A DNA stretch of 64,000 nt from Candidatus Saccharimonadales bacterium (GTDB lineage Bacteria; Patescibacteriota; Saccharimonadia; Saccharimonadales; EFPC-124): contig DATIBO010000006.1 in NCBI GenBank assembly GCA_035457485.1, positions 498,659 to 562,658 of the forward strand, read 5' to 3'. Positions 34,971 through 44,426 of the stretch are shown here, in pieces. A program made the translations under genes and the position numbers. Below the pieces are notes generated by a model, which was not told the DNA's origin, searched no databases, and was given only the letters and a program-made list of their open reading frames with translations. How positions within the stretch are numbered: position 1 is the first letter of the stretch; every line of letters begins with the position of its first letter.

Positions 34971-36998
34971 ATGTTGTTGAGTTCGAGGGTAGCCGAGGTC
35001 AAAGGCGTTGGTCCGGCACTTGCTGAGCGTTTTGAAGCTCTGCATATTAGAACTGTTAAAGATTTGATTTACTTTTTCCCGCGCAAGTACGATGATTTTT
35101 CGCAGGTCACAAAAATAGATGACCTAGTGCCGGGCAAGGTTACTATAAAGGGTACGGTTGAATCCGTTGTTGGTCGTTATATAAAACGTCGTTTACACAT
35201 AACCGAAGCAATTATTGCCGATGAAACAAGTAAGGTTCGCGCAGTTTGGTTTAACCAACCATATCGTGCAACTCAGCTTGCGAAAGGCGATGAATATTAT
35301 TTTTCGGGTGCCTACGATTTTCAGCGCAACAGATATGTTTTAAGTAATCCAGCTACCGAAAAAGCCGATAGTTTTGGTGTGAGTACAGCGCGAATTGTAC
35401 CGATTTATCGTGAGTCAAAAGGTTTAAAATCGCAGCAACTGCGTAAGGTCATGAAAGAACTTTTGCCTCTGATGGACGCTTTACCAGAGACTCTACCTCC
35501 GGTTCTTGTAAAAAAATTCAGGCTTGCCAGCGTAAACGAAACCTTAAAAAATCTACATTTTCCGCAAAATACTGAGGAGCTTGAGCGCGCGAAACGACGA
35601 ACAGCTTTCGAAGAATTGATTTGGCTGATTACGGCTAGTTTAATTAATAAAAATGATCAAGCTGGCTTAACGGGCTGGAGGATTGATTTTAAAAAACCAA
35701 TTGCCGATGCGTTCGTGAAGACATTGCCTTTTAAGATGACAGGTGCTCAAAAAAAAGCTGCCTGGGAGATTTTTCAGGATATGGAGAGTGGATCGCCGAT
35801 GAATCGTCTTGTGCAGGGAGATGTCGGATCTGGCAAAACTGTGGTTGGCGCCATGGCTGCATATTTAGCGGCAGAGCAAGGTTATCAAACGGCTTTTATG
35901 GCACCGACTGAGATTTTAGCAACTCAGCACGCCACCTCTATTGCTAATCTGCTTGAACCGCTTGGTGTTCGTGTAGGGTTGCTAGTTGGTTCAACAAAAA
36001 CTGCGCAAAAGTCGCAGCTCAAAAAAAAGGCCAGCAAGGGTGACCTCGATATTATCGTGGGAACTCATGCTCTGATTCAAGGCGATACCGAGTTTAACAA
36101 ACTTGGCCTGGTTATTATCGACGAACAGCATCGGTTTGGGGTGAGGCAGCGATCCGAGCTTTTAACTAAATCCAAACATATGCCACATCTTTTGAGTATG
36201 ACAGCCACTCCGATTCCGCGTAGCCTGCAGTTAACGGTTTATGGCGATCTGGAGGTGTCGATTATAGATGAAATGCCAAAAGGGCGTCAACCGATCGAGA
36301 CCGAAGTGGTAAAACCCGCAGCGCGCCATACAGTTTACGAGAAAATCGAGGCGCAAATTAGGCAAGGCAGGCAAGCCTATGTAGTCTGTCCTTTAATTAC
36401 GGACGGAATAAACGCCGAACTAAAGAGTGTCCAGACCGAATATGAACGGCTTAATAAGAGCATATTCAAACATCGCCAAGTCGGACTTTTGCACGGGCAA
36501 ATGAAGGCCGACGAAAAAGAGCACGTTATGAGGCAGTTTAAATCTGGCAAACTTGATATCTTAATAAGTACCACTGTTATCGAAGTCGGCGTGGACGTGC
36601 CGAATGCGACCGTTATGCTGATTGAGGGCGCAGATAGATTTGGACTGGCGCAGTTGCATCAGTTGCGTGGACGTGTTGGCCGCGGAAGCGAGCAGAGCTA
36701 TTGTTATTTAATTCCATCTGGTGACAATGTGAGTCAGCGGTTACGTGAACTTGAAAAATCTAATGACGGGTTTTACTTAGCCGAAGTCGACTTAAAGCTA
36801 CGTGGGCCAGGTGAAGTTTACGGTCGAGCGCAAAGTGGCAAACTAGATATGAGTTTTGTGAACCTTGCCGACACAAGATTAATAAAACAAGTTCGTCTAG
36901 CTGCGGCTTGGCTTATTCAAAGTAAGCTGAGTCTGGTAAAATATAAAGAACTAGCCGACAAGGTTAATCATTACCGTAGGCTGACGAGTTTAAACTAA
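34971..36998 (+). CDS. recG: ATP-dependent DNA helicase RecG
   Basis: Wedge domain plus SF2 helicase motifs (GDVGSGKT, DEQH, TATPIPR). Confidence 0.9.
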   Translation: MLLSSRVAEVKGVGPALAERFEALHIRTVKDLIYFFPRKYDDFSQVTKIDDLVPGKVTIKGTVESVVGRYIKRRLHITEAIIADETSKVRAVWFNQPYRATQLAKGDEYYFSGAYDFQRNRYVLSNPATEKADSFGVSTARIVPIYRESKGLKSQQLRKVMKELLPLMDALPETLPPVLVKKFRLASVNETLKNLHFPQNTEELERAKRRTAFEELIWLITASLINKNDQAGLTGWRIDFKKPIADAFVKTLPFKMTGAQKKAAWEIFQDMESGSPMNRLVQGDVGSGKTVVGAMAAYLAAEQGYQTAFMAPTEILATQHATSIANLLEPLGVRVGLLVGSTKTAQKSQLKKKASKGDLDIIVGTHALIQGDTEFNKLGLVIIDEQHRFGVRQRSELLTKSKHMPHLLSMTATPIPRSLQLTVYGDLEVSIIDEMPKGRQPIETEVVKPAARHTVYEKIEAQIRQGRQAYVVCPLITDGINAELKSVQTEYERLNKSIFKHRQVGLLHGQMKADEKEHVMRQFKSGKLDILISTTVIEVGVDVPNATVMLIEGADRFGLAQLHQLRGRVGRGSEQSYCYLIPSGDNVSQRLRELEKSNDGFYLAEVDLKLRGPGEVYGRAQSGKLDMSFVNLADTRLIKQVRLAAAWLIQSKLSLVKYKELADKVNHYRRLTSLN

Positions 36999-37810
36999 TG
37001 TACGCAGGCACAACTTTACGAAACAAATCCGGGCGACTGATTGGCGCGCATCAAAAAATTGATCGCGTTGCGCGACGAGCCGTTGATGCGATTGATCCAG
37101 GAAACAATTTTCCTAAGATCAAGCAGATTTTACATTTTGAAGGCAAAAACGGCCCAGATGGTATTAAGCGTAAATCGCCGGCTCAAGATGAGCCTTGGCA
37201 TTTTTATAACCCAGAGGATTCGGGCGACGATTTATTGCCCCAGATGATTGAGCGGCATTGTAAAAATCTTACAGCTGCTTTGCGCAAGAATAGTGTTGAG
37301 CGTGCTTCGTTTGAGGCGGCGTGGTTGGCGCACGCTATTGTTGACGGTTTGACCCCAGCTCATCACTATCCGTTTGAAGATAAGCTAGTAGAACTTCGCG
37401 GCGGCGAGGGAATTGAGACCAGAACCTCCGTGAAAGATAAGCTTATTATAAGGGGTCCCGGGGACAGCCATTTAAAGATGCTGGCCAAAAACTGGGAGTT
37501 TTGGGGTGCGAAAGGGGTAATGACCTCGCACTTGTTGTTTGAGCTTGGGATTGCAACTGCTATTGCTCCAATGCGATTAAAGGCTGGTTACCCTAATAAA
37601 GCCGACATTCGTAAACTTAAGCGAATGGGGATTGTGAACGTTTTTAAAGAAAGCGCCGCAGATATTCACAAGTTAGATATGTATCATCGCTTTGTCGCAA
37701 AGGGCTGGACTAATCGCTTGGCGAACGAGGTGCGCGATGTTTTAGTGCCTTCGATCATAAAAGTCGTGGCGCTTGCTTGGTACGAAGCGCTCGAGAATTC
37801 AAAGCAATGA
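36998..37810 (+). CDS. conserved hypothetical protein
   Basis: 270 aa. The His/Asp-rich segment AWLAHAIVDGLTPAHH is vaguely like zinc-dependent PLC/P1-nuclease folds. Function was not assigned. Confidence 0.45.
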   Translation: MYAGTTLRNKSGRLIGAHQKIDRVARRAVDAIDPGNNFPKIKQILHFEGKNGPDGIKRKSPAQDEPWHFYNPEDSGDDLLPQMIERHCKNLTAALRKNSVERASFEAAWLAHAIVDGLTPAHHYPFEDKLVELRGGEGIETRTSVKDKLIIRGPGDSHLKMLAKNWEFWGAKGVMTSHLLFELGIATAIAPMRLKAGYPNKADIRKLKRMGIVNVFKESAADIHKLDMYHRFVAKGWTNRLANEVRDVLVPSIIKVVALAWYEALENSKQ

Positions 37811-38349
37811 GGATGCGCATAGTTGCCGGTGAGCTTGGTGGTCGATTTTTTGAATCACCTGACAGCCAAACGACTCATCCGATGAGCGAGCGTATGCGCG
37901 GCGCGCTTTTTAATATTTTGGGCGATTTAAGAGGCAAAACAGTGTTGGACCCATTTGCCGGTAGCGGAGCGCTTAGTTTCGAGTCTGTAAGCCGAGGTGC
38001 GGCCAGTGCTGTACTTTTAGACAACGATAAACGTGCTCAGCGAATAATTGAGGGCAATATCAAATCTTTGGGTTTAGAGCAAAAAGCACGCTTAGTCAAG
38101 GCGAATTCGCGGATGTGGAGCGAGCGAAATAACGACCAGTTTGATCTGTTGTTGATTGATCCACCCTACCATGACATGCAGTTATCCACAGTTAGTATGT
38201 TAGTTAAGCATTTAAAACCTAACGGGCTTATGGTACTATCATACCCAGGTAAGGGTGATGAGCCGACCGTTAATGGAGTTGTTGTGGTGGACACGAGATT
38301 ATACGGAGACGCGGCACTAGCTTTTTACCGTAAAAGAGCGTCTGATTAG
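37807..38349 (+). CDS. rsmD: 16S rRNA (guanine966-N2)-methyltransferase RsmD
   Basis: RIVAGELGGR...LDPFAGSGALSFESVSRGA...DPPY. ATGA overlaps the upstream stop. Confidence 0.8.
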   Translation: MRMRIVAGELGGRFFESPDSQTTHPMSERMRGALFNILGDLRGKTVLDPFAGSGALSFESVSRGAASAVLLDNDKRAQRIIEGNIKSLGLEQKARLVKANSRMWSERNNDQFDLLLIDPPYHDMQLSTVSMLVKHLKPNGLMVLSYPGKGDEPTVNGVVVVDTRLYGDAALAFYRKRASD

Positions 38350-38425
38350 GCGCTCTTTTTGGTTTGATAATAGCTGATTTTTGCTCTACAAATTCGTAAA
38401 ATAATATGTTACAATAACCGTTAAT

Positions 38426-38509
38426 GCGCGAGTGGTGGAATGGTAGACACGCTGGTCTTAGGAACCAGTGCCGTAAGGCGTGAAGGTTCAAGTCCTTTCT
38501 CGCGCACCA
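38426..38509 (+). tRNA. tRNA-Leu (anticodon UAG), CCA encoded
   Basis: Hand-folded: acceptor GCGCGAG/CTCGCGC, D stem GTG/CAC, anticodon stem CTGGT/ACCAG with loop CTTAGGA, long variable arm GCC-gtaa-GGC, and T arm GAAGG-TTCAAGT-CCTTT. Confidence 0.9.
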
Positions 38510-38525
38510 TGGAATTATTACAGTT

Positions 38526-38555
38526 AAAGACGACCGGTTCATCGGCGTCTTTTTA
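38526..38555 (+). terminator. rho-independent terminator after tRNA-Leu
   Basis: AAGACG(a)CCG-gttcat-CGGCGTCTT followed by TTT. Confidence 0.5.
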
Positions 38556-38593
38556 GTTAGTAACTGTGGCTTTCTCGCTTGAATTGCCTTACA

Positions 38594-38622
38594 TCGACCA
38601 AACCTGTTTTATATGGTATAAT
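38594..38622 (+). promoter_or_regulatory. promoter TCGACC-17-(TGG)TATAAT reading into cassette 6
   Basis: An extended -10 box TGGTATAAT at 38614-38622 and a -35 box at 38594-38599, in AT-rich DNA just upstream of the GC-rich block. Confidence 0.45.
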
Positions 38623-38670
38623 TTGGATCCAGACGAAAGTTGACCCTTTTAGTTTTTAGGAGCTGGTTAC

Positions 38671-39504
38671 GTGTTCGACCGTAAAATTCAGCGCATTGCG
38701 CTGGGCGACGATGTTGTCGTTGCGGTGTCGCGTCGTGACGAGTCCGAGCCCGCTGCCTACAGCATGCGACGTACCGGACCCGACGCGCACCACGCGGCCC
38801 GCAACATCGCCGACTTCGCTGGTCGCGTTGGTTTCGACGTGAACCGGCTGGTCATGCCCCGCAGGTGGCCGCATCTTGGTCGAGTCATGGTCGTGAGTAA
38901 TGACGACCTGGTTCCGGACCCGGTGAGCGGCCTCAACCCCAATTTGCCGAAGGCCGACAAGCCGGGTTTCGAGCATTCGTGCGATGGACTGATCACGATG
39001 GCTCACGGTCTCTACCTGGGCGCCCAGGGTGCTGACTGCCCAATGCTCTACCTGTATGACTCGGTTCTCGGGATTATCGGCGCCATTCACTGTGGGTGGA
39101 AGCCGGTGGCACAGCACATTGTGACCACGGCCGTACGACAGTTCGAGTGGCTGGGTTCCAACCCGATGAACATCCGAGCGTTCGTATCGGCCGGCGCCGG
39201 CGATAACGTCTACGAGTTCGCCATCGACGACGCCTCGCGCCTGCTGCTTGAAGCGCAGGGCCGCGTCGCCGACTTCGAGGCACTCATGGCGCCGCATGGA
39301 ACCAAGCCCGGCACGAAGGTCTTGCGGCTCAATGCTCTGGTCGTCCACGACCTGACAAGAGCTGGAGTTCCGTTGTCGAACATCCTGTGCGACTGGCGGA
39401 GCTGCATCGAAGATCCGACGCTCCACAGCTATCGCCGTGACGGCGGTCCAGACATGGCCACGTCGCTGCACGGACTGGGCATCGGCGTGATCTTTCTGAA
39501 CTGA
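38671..39504 (+). CDS. pgeF: YfiH/PgeF-family (DUF152, Cu-oxidase_4) protein
   Basis: 277 aa. It aligns by eye with E. coli YfiH: PHLGRVMVV (QVHG region), GADCPMLYLYD...GAIHCGWKP (ADC.P / H.GW.G) and C...LHSYRRDG (FSYRRD). The His-Cys-His triad is retained. Confidence 0.75.
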   Translation: MFDRKIQRIALGDDVVVAVSRRDESEPAAYSMRRTGPDAHHAARNIADFAGRVGFDVNRLVMPRRWPHLGRVMVVSNDDLVPDPVSGLNPNLPKADKPGFEHSCDGLITMAHGLYLGAQGADCPMLYLYDSVLGIIGAIHCGWKPVAQHIVTTAVRQFEWLGSNPMNIRAFVSAGAGDNVYEFAIDDASRLLLEAQGRVADFEALMAPHGTKPGTKVLRLNALVVHDLTRAGVPLSNILCDWRSCIEDPTLHSYRRDGGPDMATSLHGLGIGVIFLN

Positions 39505-39527
39505 ACAACTTCACATCGTCGTCAAGA

Positions 39528-39557
39528 GGCCGGGGCGCAGTAAAAGGTGCCCCGGCC
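39528..39557 (+). terminator. hairpin terminator of cassette 6 (no T-tract)
   Basis: GGCCGGGGC-gcagtaaaaggt-GCCCCGGCC. Confidence 0.45.
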
Positions 39558-39753
39558 ACAATCCATGAAATCATTTCGGGATAAGTATTAATCTTTCTCG
39601 CCGCCTGCAAAAGTTATCTCAACGCCGCCTGTGGTGCGCTATGAATTAGAGTTTGATTTTAGAACGAGTAGTACTGTTATAATATTGTATGACTAAGTTA
39701 GTAGGTATATAGTAGCCGGCGTGAATATCTGAACTAAGTAGTTAAGGATTGCT

Positions 39754-40296
39754 ATGAGTTGGATTAAGATTGATGAACACGTTGTGTTGAATCATCCGCG
39801 GATGCACTTGGTAGAGCATACTGTCAAACTGCCAGATGGTACGGAGATCGACTATCTGCTTGAAGTTAACAGAAAAGACTACGTAACAACTATAGCTCGA
39901 CATAAAGGTAAGTTTGCTATGATTCGTGACTATTCGTACCCTAACGATGCGAGATTGTTGCAATTTAGTGAGGGTTGGATAGACGAGGGCGAATCTTCGG
40001 AGCAGGCTGCATCCCGCGAATTAAAAGAGGAGACGGGACTACGCGCAGCAAAGGTTCGTGAGATTGGCACGAATCTTCATGATCATCGGAGGAGTACCGC
40101 TTCGAGTCATGTTATGCTGGCCGAAAACATTGAAGACACTGGAACTGCTAACCTGGAGAGCACAGAGCACGGTATTGAAACTGTCTACTTAACTGAAGCT
40201 GAGATTTGGAAAAAGATTGCCAGTGGTGAGATTGTTCAAAAGAATACACTCGCAGCCTGGGCGATATATGTTGCTGAGTCATCCGCTCCTCGATAG
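39754..40296 (+). CDS. NUDIX hydrolase
   Basis: Nudix box GWIDEGESSEQAASRELKEETGL. Confidence 0.75.
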   Translation: MSWIKIDEHVVLNHPRMHLVEHTVKLPDGTEIDYLLEVNRKDYVTTIARHKGKFAMIRDYSYPNDARLLQFSEGWIDEGESSEQAASRELKEETGLRAAKVREIGTNLHDHRRSTASSHVMLAENIEDTGTANLESTEHGIETVYLTEAEIWKKIASGEIVQKNTLAAWAIYVAESSAPR

Positions 40297-40329
40297 GTAA
40301 CATATGCAACTTTTGCTACACTTATATAA

Positions 40330-41280
40330 ATGTTAAAAGATTTACAGGATCTTACACTTATCGGCGTACCTTTAGATCTGGGTGCCGAAAACTTGGGCGT
40401 TAGTTTTGGCCCAGATGCGTACCGCGCAAACTATATTGGCACAAAGTTAAGTTCTGCGGGCTTTAAAGTTGCCGACCTTGGCAATTTAGAGTGTCCTGAC
40501 CGTAAGAATCTAAAAGTTGACGACAAGAAGCAGCGCTACTCTAAGCAGATTATTGAAGTTAACGAGCGTCTTGCAAAACTGGTTCATGATCAAATACAGC
40601 TAGGTAATAAAGTTGTCGTTCTCGGTGGCGATCATTCTATAAACCTCGGTACTTTTAGTGGTGCTTCGGTGGCATGTAAAGGCGAGATCGGCCAAATTTA
40701 TCTTGATGCTCATGGCGATATGAATACTCGCGATACTACAATGAGCGGAAATATTCATGGTATGCATCTAGCTTCGTTGATGGGGTTTGGTTCAGATGAC
40801 TTAAAACAGGTCTTTGGAGATCAAACTAAACTGAGTATAAAAAACTTGCTACACATAGGTGGCTGCGATCTCGACGACGCCGAAGTTGAACTTATAAAAA
40901 CTCAAAACATCGCTGCGTTTACTATGCAAGATCTTTTGCGGCACGGTCTAGATCCGCTTTTTGCAATGGTCAATGAGCTTGCTGAGCGAGTTCCAAATGT
41001 GTGGATCAGTCTAGATCTAGATGCGATTGACAGCATCTATGCGCCAGGTGCTGGAATGCCTAACCCCAAGGGATTAACGTATCGCGAAGTTGTTGCGGTC
41101 GCAGAGTATGTGGGTAAAACCTGTAAAGTGGTAGGGATAGATGTGGTTGAATACAATCCACTTAACGATGAGAAGCATAAGACCGCTGAGCTAGCCACCG
41201 AACTTATTGCTAAGTTTTTGGGCCGGGATTACAGCTGGTACACGAATTACTTAAACAAAAACGGTAGTAATCGTGACTAA
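40330..41280 (+). CDS. arginase-family ureohydrolase (arginase-like)
   Basis: Mn-binding motifs GGDHSI, DAHGDMN and SLDLDAID. It is collinear with Bacillus RocF by eye. Confidence 0.8.
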   Translation: MLKDLQDLTLIGVPLDLGAENLGVSFGPDAYRANYIGTKLSSAGFKVADLGNLECPDRKNLKVDDKKQRYSKQIIEVNERLAKLVHDQIQLGNKVVVLGGDHSINLGTFSGASVACKGEIGQIYLDAHGDMNTRDTTMSGNIHGMHLASLMGFGSDDLKQVFGDQTKLSIKNLLHIGGCDLDDAEVELIKTQNIAAFTMQDLLRHGLDPLFAMVNELAERVPNVWISLDLDAIDSIYAPGAGMPNPKGLTYREVVAVAEYVGKTCKVVGIDVVEYNPLNDEKHKTAELATELIAKFLGRDYSWYTNYLNKNGSNRD

Positions 41281-41367
41281 AATGTGATAACTTTAACACG
41301 TGATTATCAATCAAATTCATCATTTACATATCTTGCCGGAACGCATCCGTTAGTTTTGTATATTACG

Positions 41368-41395
41368 AACGCCGGATCGCTTCCGGCGTTTTTTA
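41368..41395 (+). terminator. rho-independent terminator after the arginase gene
   Basis: AACGCCGGA-tcgct-TCCGGCGTT followed by TTTT. Confidence 0.6.
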
Positions 41396-41425
41396 TTGCT
41401 ACAATAATTACTTAAGGACTTTTTT

Positions 41426-42745
41426 ATGAATCTTTCAACCCAACCATATAAAGGTGCGCGCGATTACTACCCAGAGGAAAAACGCGTCCAGAATTACATT
41501 TTTAACATCTGGCGCAAGGTTGCACAGCGCTACGGTTACGAAGAATACGGCACGCCAATTTTGGAGCCAATAGACATTTACGCCGCAAAAACTGGCCAGG
41601 AAATCGTAAATGATCAAACCTATCAGTTTGTAGATCGTGGTGGACGCAACGTTAGTATTAGACCCGAGATGACCCCGAGTGTTTGCCGCTTAATTGCGGG
41701 TCGTCGGCAAGAACTTGCTTATCCTGCTCGTTGGTTTTCTATTGCTAACTTTATGCGCTACGAGCGACCGCAACGTGGTCGCGAACGCGAATTTTGGCAA
41801 ATGAACGTTGACATATTTGGTGTTTCTACGCTCGACGCCGAAGTAGAGATTATTGGAATGGCAGATGACTTGATGAAAGCTTTTGGTGCCACGGATAATA
41901 TGTACCGGATCAAAATCAATAGCCGCAAGCTTGTTAATTTTATGATGAGCGAGTACTTAGAGCTAGATATCGTGCAATCACAGTTAATGGTAAAACTGTT
42001 TGATCGTAAAGATAAAATGACACCCGAAGAGTTTCGACAACAAGCCGAGTCGATTTTTGATGACGAAAAACGCCGCGACGGCTTGCGTAAAATTGCGAAG
42101 CTTTTGGGCGCAAAGAGTATGGCTGAATTGCCGCGCGAGGTGCTAGATTCTAGCGCAATTCAAGAGGTTCAGACCTTATTCACGTTGTTGCGTGAGCACG
42201 GAGTAAACAGTGCAATTTTTGATATTGGTTTAATGCGCGGCCTAGATTACTACAGCGACATTGTTTTTGAAGTATTCGACACGAATCCAGAAAACGCACG
42301 CTCCCTATTTGGCGGAGGAAGATTTGATGGGCTGGTCGGTCTATTCGGTGTTGAACCTATACAAGCAGTTGGCTTTGCACCCGGCGCAACAACTATGCAA
42401 GACTTTTTACAAACTCACAACTTGTTGCCAAAACTTCAGCCTGCAACCGAAGTTTACATTGCAGTCCTGGGCGACGTTTTAAAACAAGCCCGCAATCTTG
42501 CGACCGCTCTACGCGAAGAAGGTGTGAACGTCGAGCTGGATATTACTGGCCGTAAATTAGATAAACAGATCAAAACGGCCATAAAAAAAGGCATACCGTA
42601 TATTTTGTTTGTGGGTCAAAATGAACTCGATCAGGGTGAGTTTACGCTTAAGGACGTAGCTCAAGAATCTGAGCAAAGACTCGGCTTTGAGCGACTAGTG
42701 GCCGCAATCAAGGATTATCGTCATAAAGATGATGATTTAATTTAA
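41426..42745 (+). CDS. hisS: histidine--tRNA ligase
   Basis: Class II motifs (RYERPQRGRxREFWQ) and an anticodon-binding C-terminal domain. Confidence 0.9.
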   Translation: MNLSTQPYKGARDYYPEEKRVQNYIFNIWRKVAQRYGYEEYGTPILEPIDIYAAKTGQEIVNDQTYQFVDRGGRNVSIRPEMTPSVCRLIAGRRQELAYPARWFSIANFMRYERPQRGREREFWQMNVDIFGVSTLDAEVEIIGMADDLMKAFGATDNMYRIKINSRKLVNFMMSEYLELDIVQSQLMVKLFDRKDKMTPEEFRQQAESIFDDEKRRDGLRKIAKLLGAKSMAELPREVLDSSAIQEVQTLFTLLREHGVNSAIFDIGLMRGLDYYSDIVFEVFDTNPENARSLFGGGRFDGLVGLFGVEPIQAVGFAPGATTMQDFLQTHNLLPKLQPATEVYIAVLGDVLKQARNLATALREEGVNVELDITGRKLDKQIKTAIKKGIPYILFVGQNELDQGEFTLKDVAQESEQRLGFERLVAAIKDYRHKDDDLI

Positions 42746-42784
42746 TTCGACATTCTTAACTACTCGAGGTATACTGGCACGGAT

Positions 42785-44071
42785 ATGAAGCACACAATTA
42801 ACAATACATCTGACACAACAAAACAAATCACAGTAAGCTTAACTGCCGACGATTTGGCTGAAGTTAAGGCTAAAACTGTAAAGCGTCTTGCCAAGGACGT
42901 AAAAGTTGCAGGTTTTAGGCAGGGCAAGACACCTGTTGGAGTTGCTGAAAAAAACATTAATCCCCAAGTTTTAGAGAGTGAAATTGTTGAAGACGCTGTC
43001 AACCAACATATGATTGCTATCTTGGACGCCGAGAGCATTATGCCGCTTGATCGTCCAAAAGTTGAGGTTAAAAAAATGGTTCCTGGTGAACAACTTGAGT
43101 TCGTGGCTGAGCTAGAGGTGATTCCAGAAATTAAGCTTGGTGACTACAAAAACCTAAAGGCCAAAAAAGATGACGTTAAAGTTACTGAAAAAGACGTAAC
43201 TGAAGTGATTGATCGCCTGCGTGGCGCAGCATCTGAAAAGAAAGATGTTGACCGTGCGGCTAAAGACGGCGACGAAATTGTTATGGATTTTGCCGGCACA
43301 GACAAAGACGGCAAAGAAGTCGAAGGAGCTAAGGGCACTGATTACCCTTTGACTTTGGGTTCTAAGACTTTTATTCCTGGTTTCGAGGAAGGCTTGATTG
43401 GCAAAAAGCTGGGCGATAAGTTTGATCTCGACTTAACCTTCCCTAAGGACTACCATCATAAACCTCTTGCAGGCGCAAAGGTTAAATTTGCCGTAACAAT
43501 CAAAGCTGTTAAAGAAGTAGTTCTGCCGGAATTGACAGATGAATTTGCTGCAAAAACTGGTGCTTTTAAAACTGTCGACGAGCTTAAAGCCGATATCAAA
43601 AAAGAATTAGAATCTCAAAAAGAACGTGAAGCAACCGATAAGCTAAAAGACTCTTTGCTTGAACAGCTTATTAAAGTCAGTACAATTCCAACTCCCGAGA
43701 TCTTAATCAAAGACCAAATGCAAATGTTGGAGCGGGACTTTACTCAAAACTTGATGTACCGTGGTCTAACTCTTGATCAGTATCTTGAGCAGCAAGGTTT
43801 AACCAAGGAAGATTGGGAGAAGAACGAGCTTCGCGAGCAATCCATTCGACGTGTGCAAGTTGGATTGGCTTTGGCCGAGCTTAGCAAAATCGCTAAGATC
43901 GAAGTTAATCAACAAGAGCTTGAAGCGCGCGTTGCCGAATTAATGCAAGGTTACGGAAACAATCCTGAAATTGCTAAACAGTTTGAAAGCCCTGAAGTTC
44001 GCCGAGATATTGCAAATAACGTTATGACTCGTAAAACAACCGACTACTTAGTTGAGGTTAACGCAAAGTAA
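42785..44071 (+). CDS. tig: trigger factor
   Basis: N-terminal ribosome-binding segment (GFRQGKTP), an FKBP PPIase domain and a C-terminal arm. Confidence 0.9.
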   Translation: MKHTINNTSDTTKQITVSLTADDLAEVKAKTVKRLAKDVKVAGFRQGKTPVGVAEKNINPQVLESEIVEDAVNQHMIAILDAESIMPLDRPKVEVKKMVPGEQLEFVAELEVIPEIKLGDYKNLKAKKDDVKVTEKDVTEVIDRLRGAASEKKDVDRAAKDGDEIVMDFAGTDKDGKEVEGAKGTDYPLTLGSKTFIPGFEEGLIGKKLGDKFDLDLTFPKDYHHKPLAGAKVKFAVTIKAVKEVVLPELTDEFAAKTGAFKTVDELKADIKKELESQKEREATDKLKDSLLEQLIKVSTIPTPEILIKDQMQMLERDFTQNLMYRGLTLDQYLEQQGLTKEDWEKNELREQSIRRVQVGLALAELSKIAKIEVNQQELEARVAELMQGYGNNPEIAKQFESPEVRRDIANNVMTRKTTDYLVEVNAK

Positions 44072-44346
44072 TGAGTGAGCGTGGTGGGTACGACCCGAAC
44101 GTGGCCGGCACCGTTCCTTGGTATTCTAAGGAGCAGCGTACAGCTAACTCTATTGATACGATGCCTCATCCAATGATGGTGGAAATCGCCGGCTATACGC
44201 AGGCGGCACGCGAATCTGGTGTTCAGCTTGATGAGAAGGACGTTGCGGAGGCGATTGCACAAGCAATTGCTAATAGTTACGGCGATGTCTGGCGTGGGCC
44301 TGCGTTTGAATTGGGCATGATTCTTCTGCGACAGAACGAACAGTAG
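44071..44346 (+). CDS. hypothetical 91-aa protein
   Basis: TAATG overlap with the tig stop and intermediate GC. No motif recognised. Confidence 0.4.
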   Translation: MSERGGYDPNVAGTVPWYSKEQRTANSIDTMPHPMMVEIAGYTQAARESGVQLDEKDVAEAIAQAIANSYGDVWRGPAFELGMILLRQNEQ

Positions 44347-44426
44347 CGAATAAATGTTGTTTTTTATTAATTAAGTATTGTCATGTAGGGCAAAACAAAC
44401 TAAAATTGCGCTAATTACTTTTCACA

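Larger units (their letters stand above)
38655..39560 (+). other. GC-rich foreign-looking cassette 6 (PgeF/YfiH-family gene) downstream of tRNA-Leu
   Basis: Line 38761-38820 has 42/60 G+C. It has SD AGGAG, a GTG start and hairpin 39528-39557. Confidence 0.7.

Noticed and set aside
38656-39471. 271-aa minus-strand ORF and smaller ORFs antisense to the PgeF-family gene
   Set aside because: The plus-strand frame carries recognisable YfiH/PgeF motifs. The antisense frames are GC-shadow ORFs.
44071-44346. Counting the 91-aa ORF after tig as an eighth GC-rich cassette
   Set aside because: Its composition is only intermediate by eye. It has no SD or terminator pair and is coupled to tig by a TAATG overlap. 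It is listed as a low-interest observation instead.
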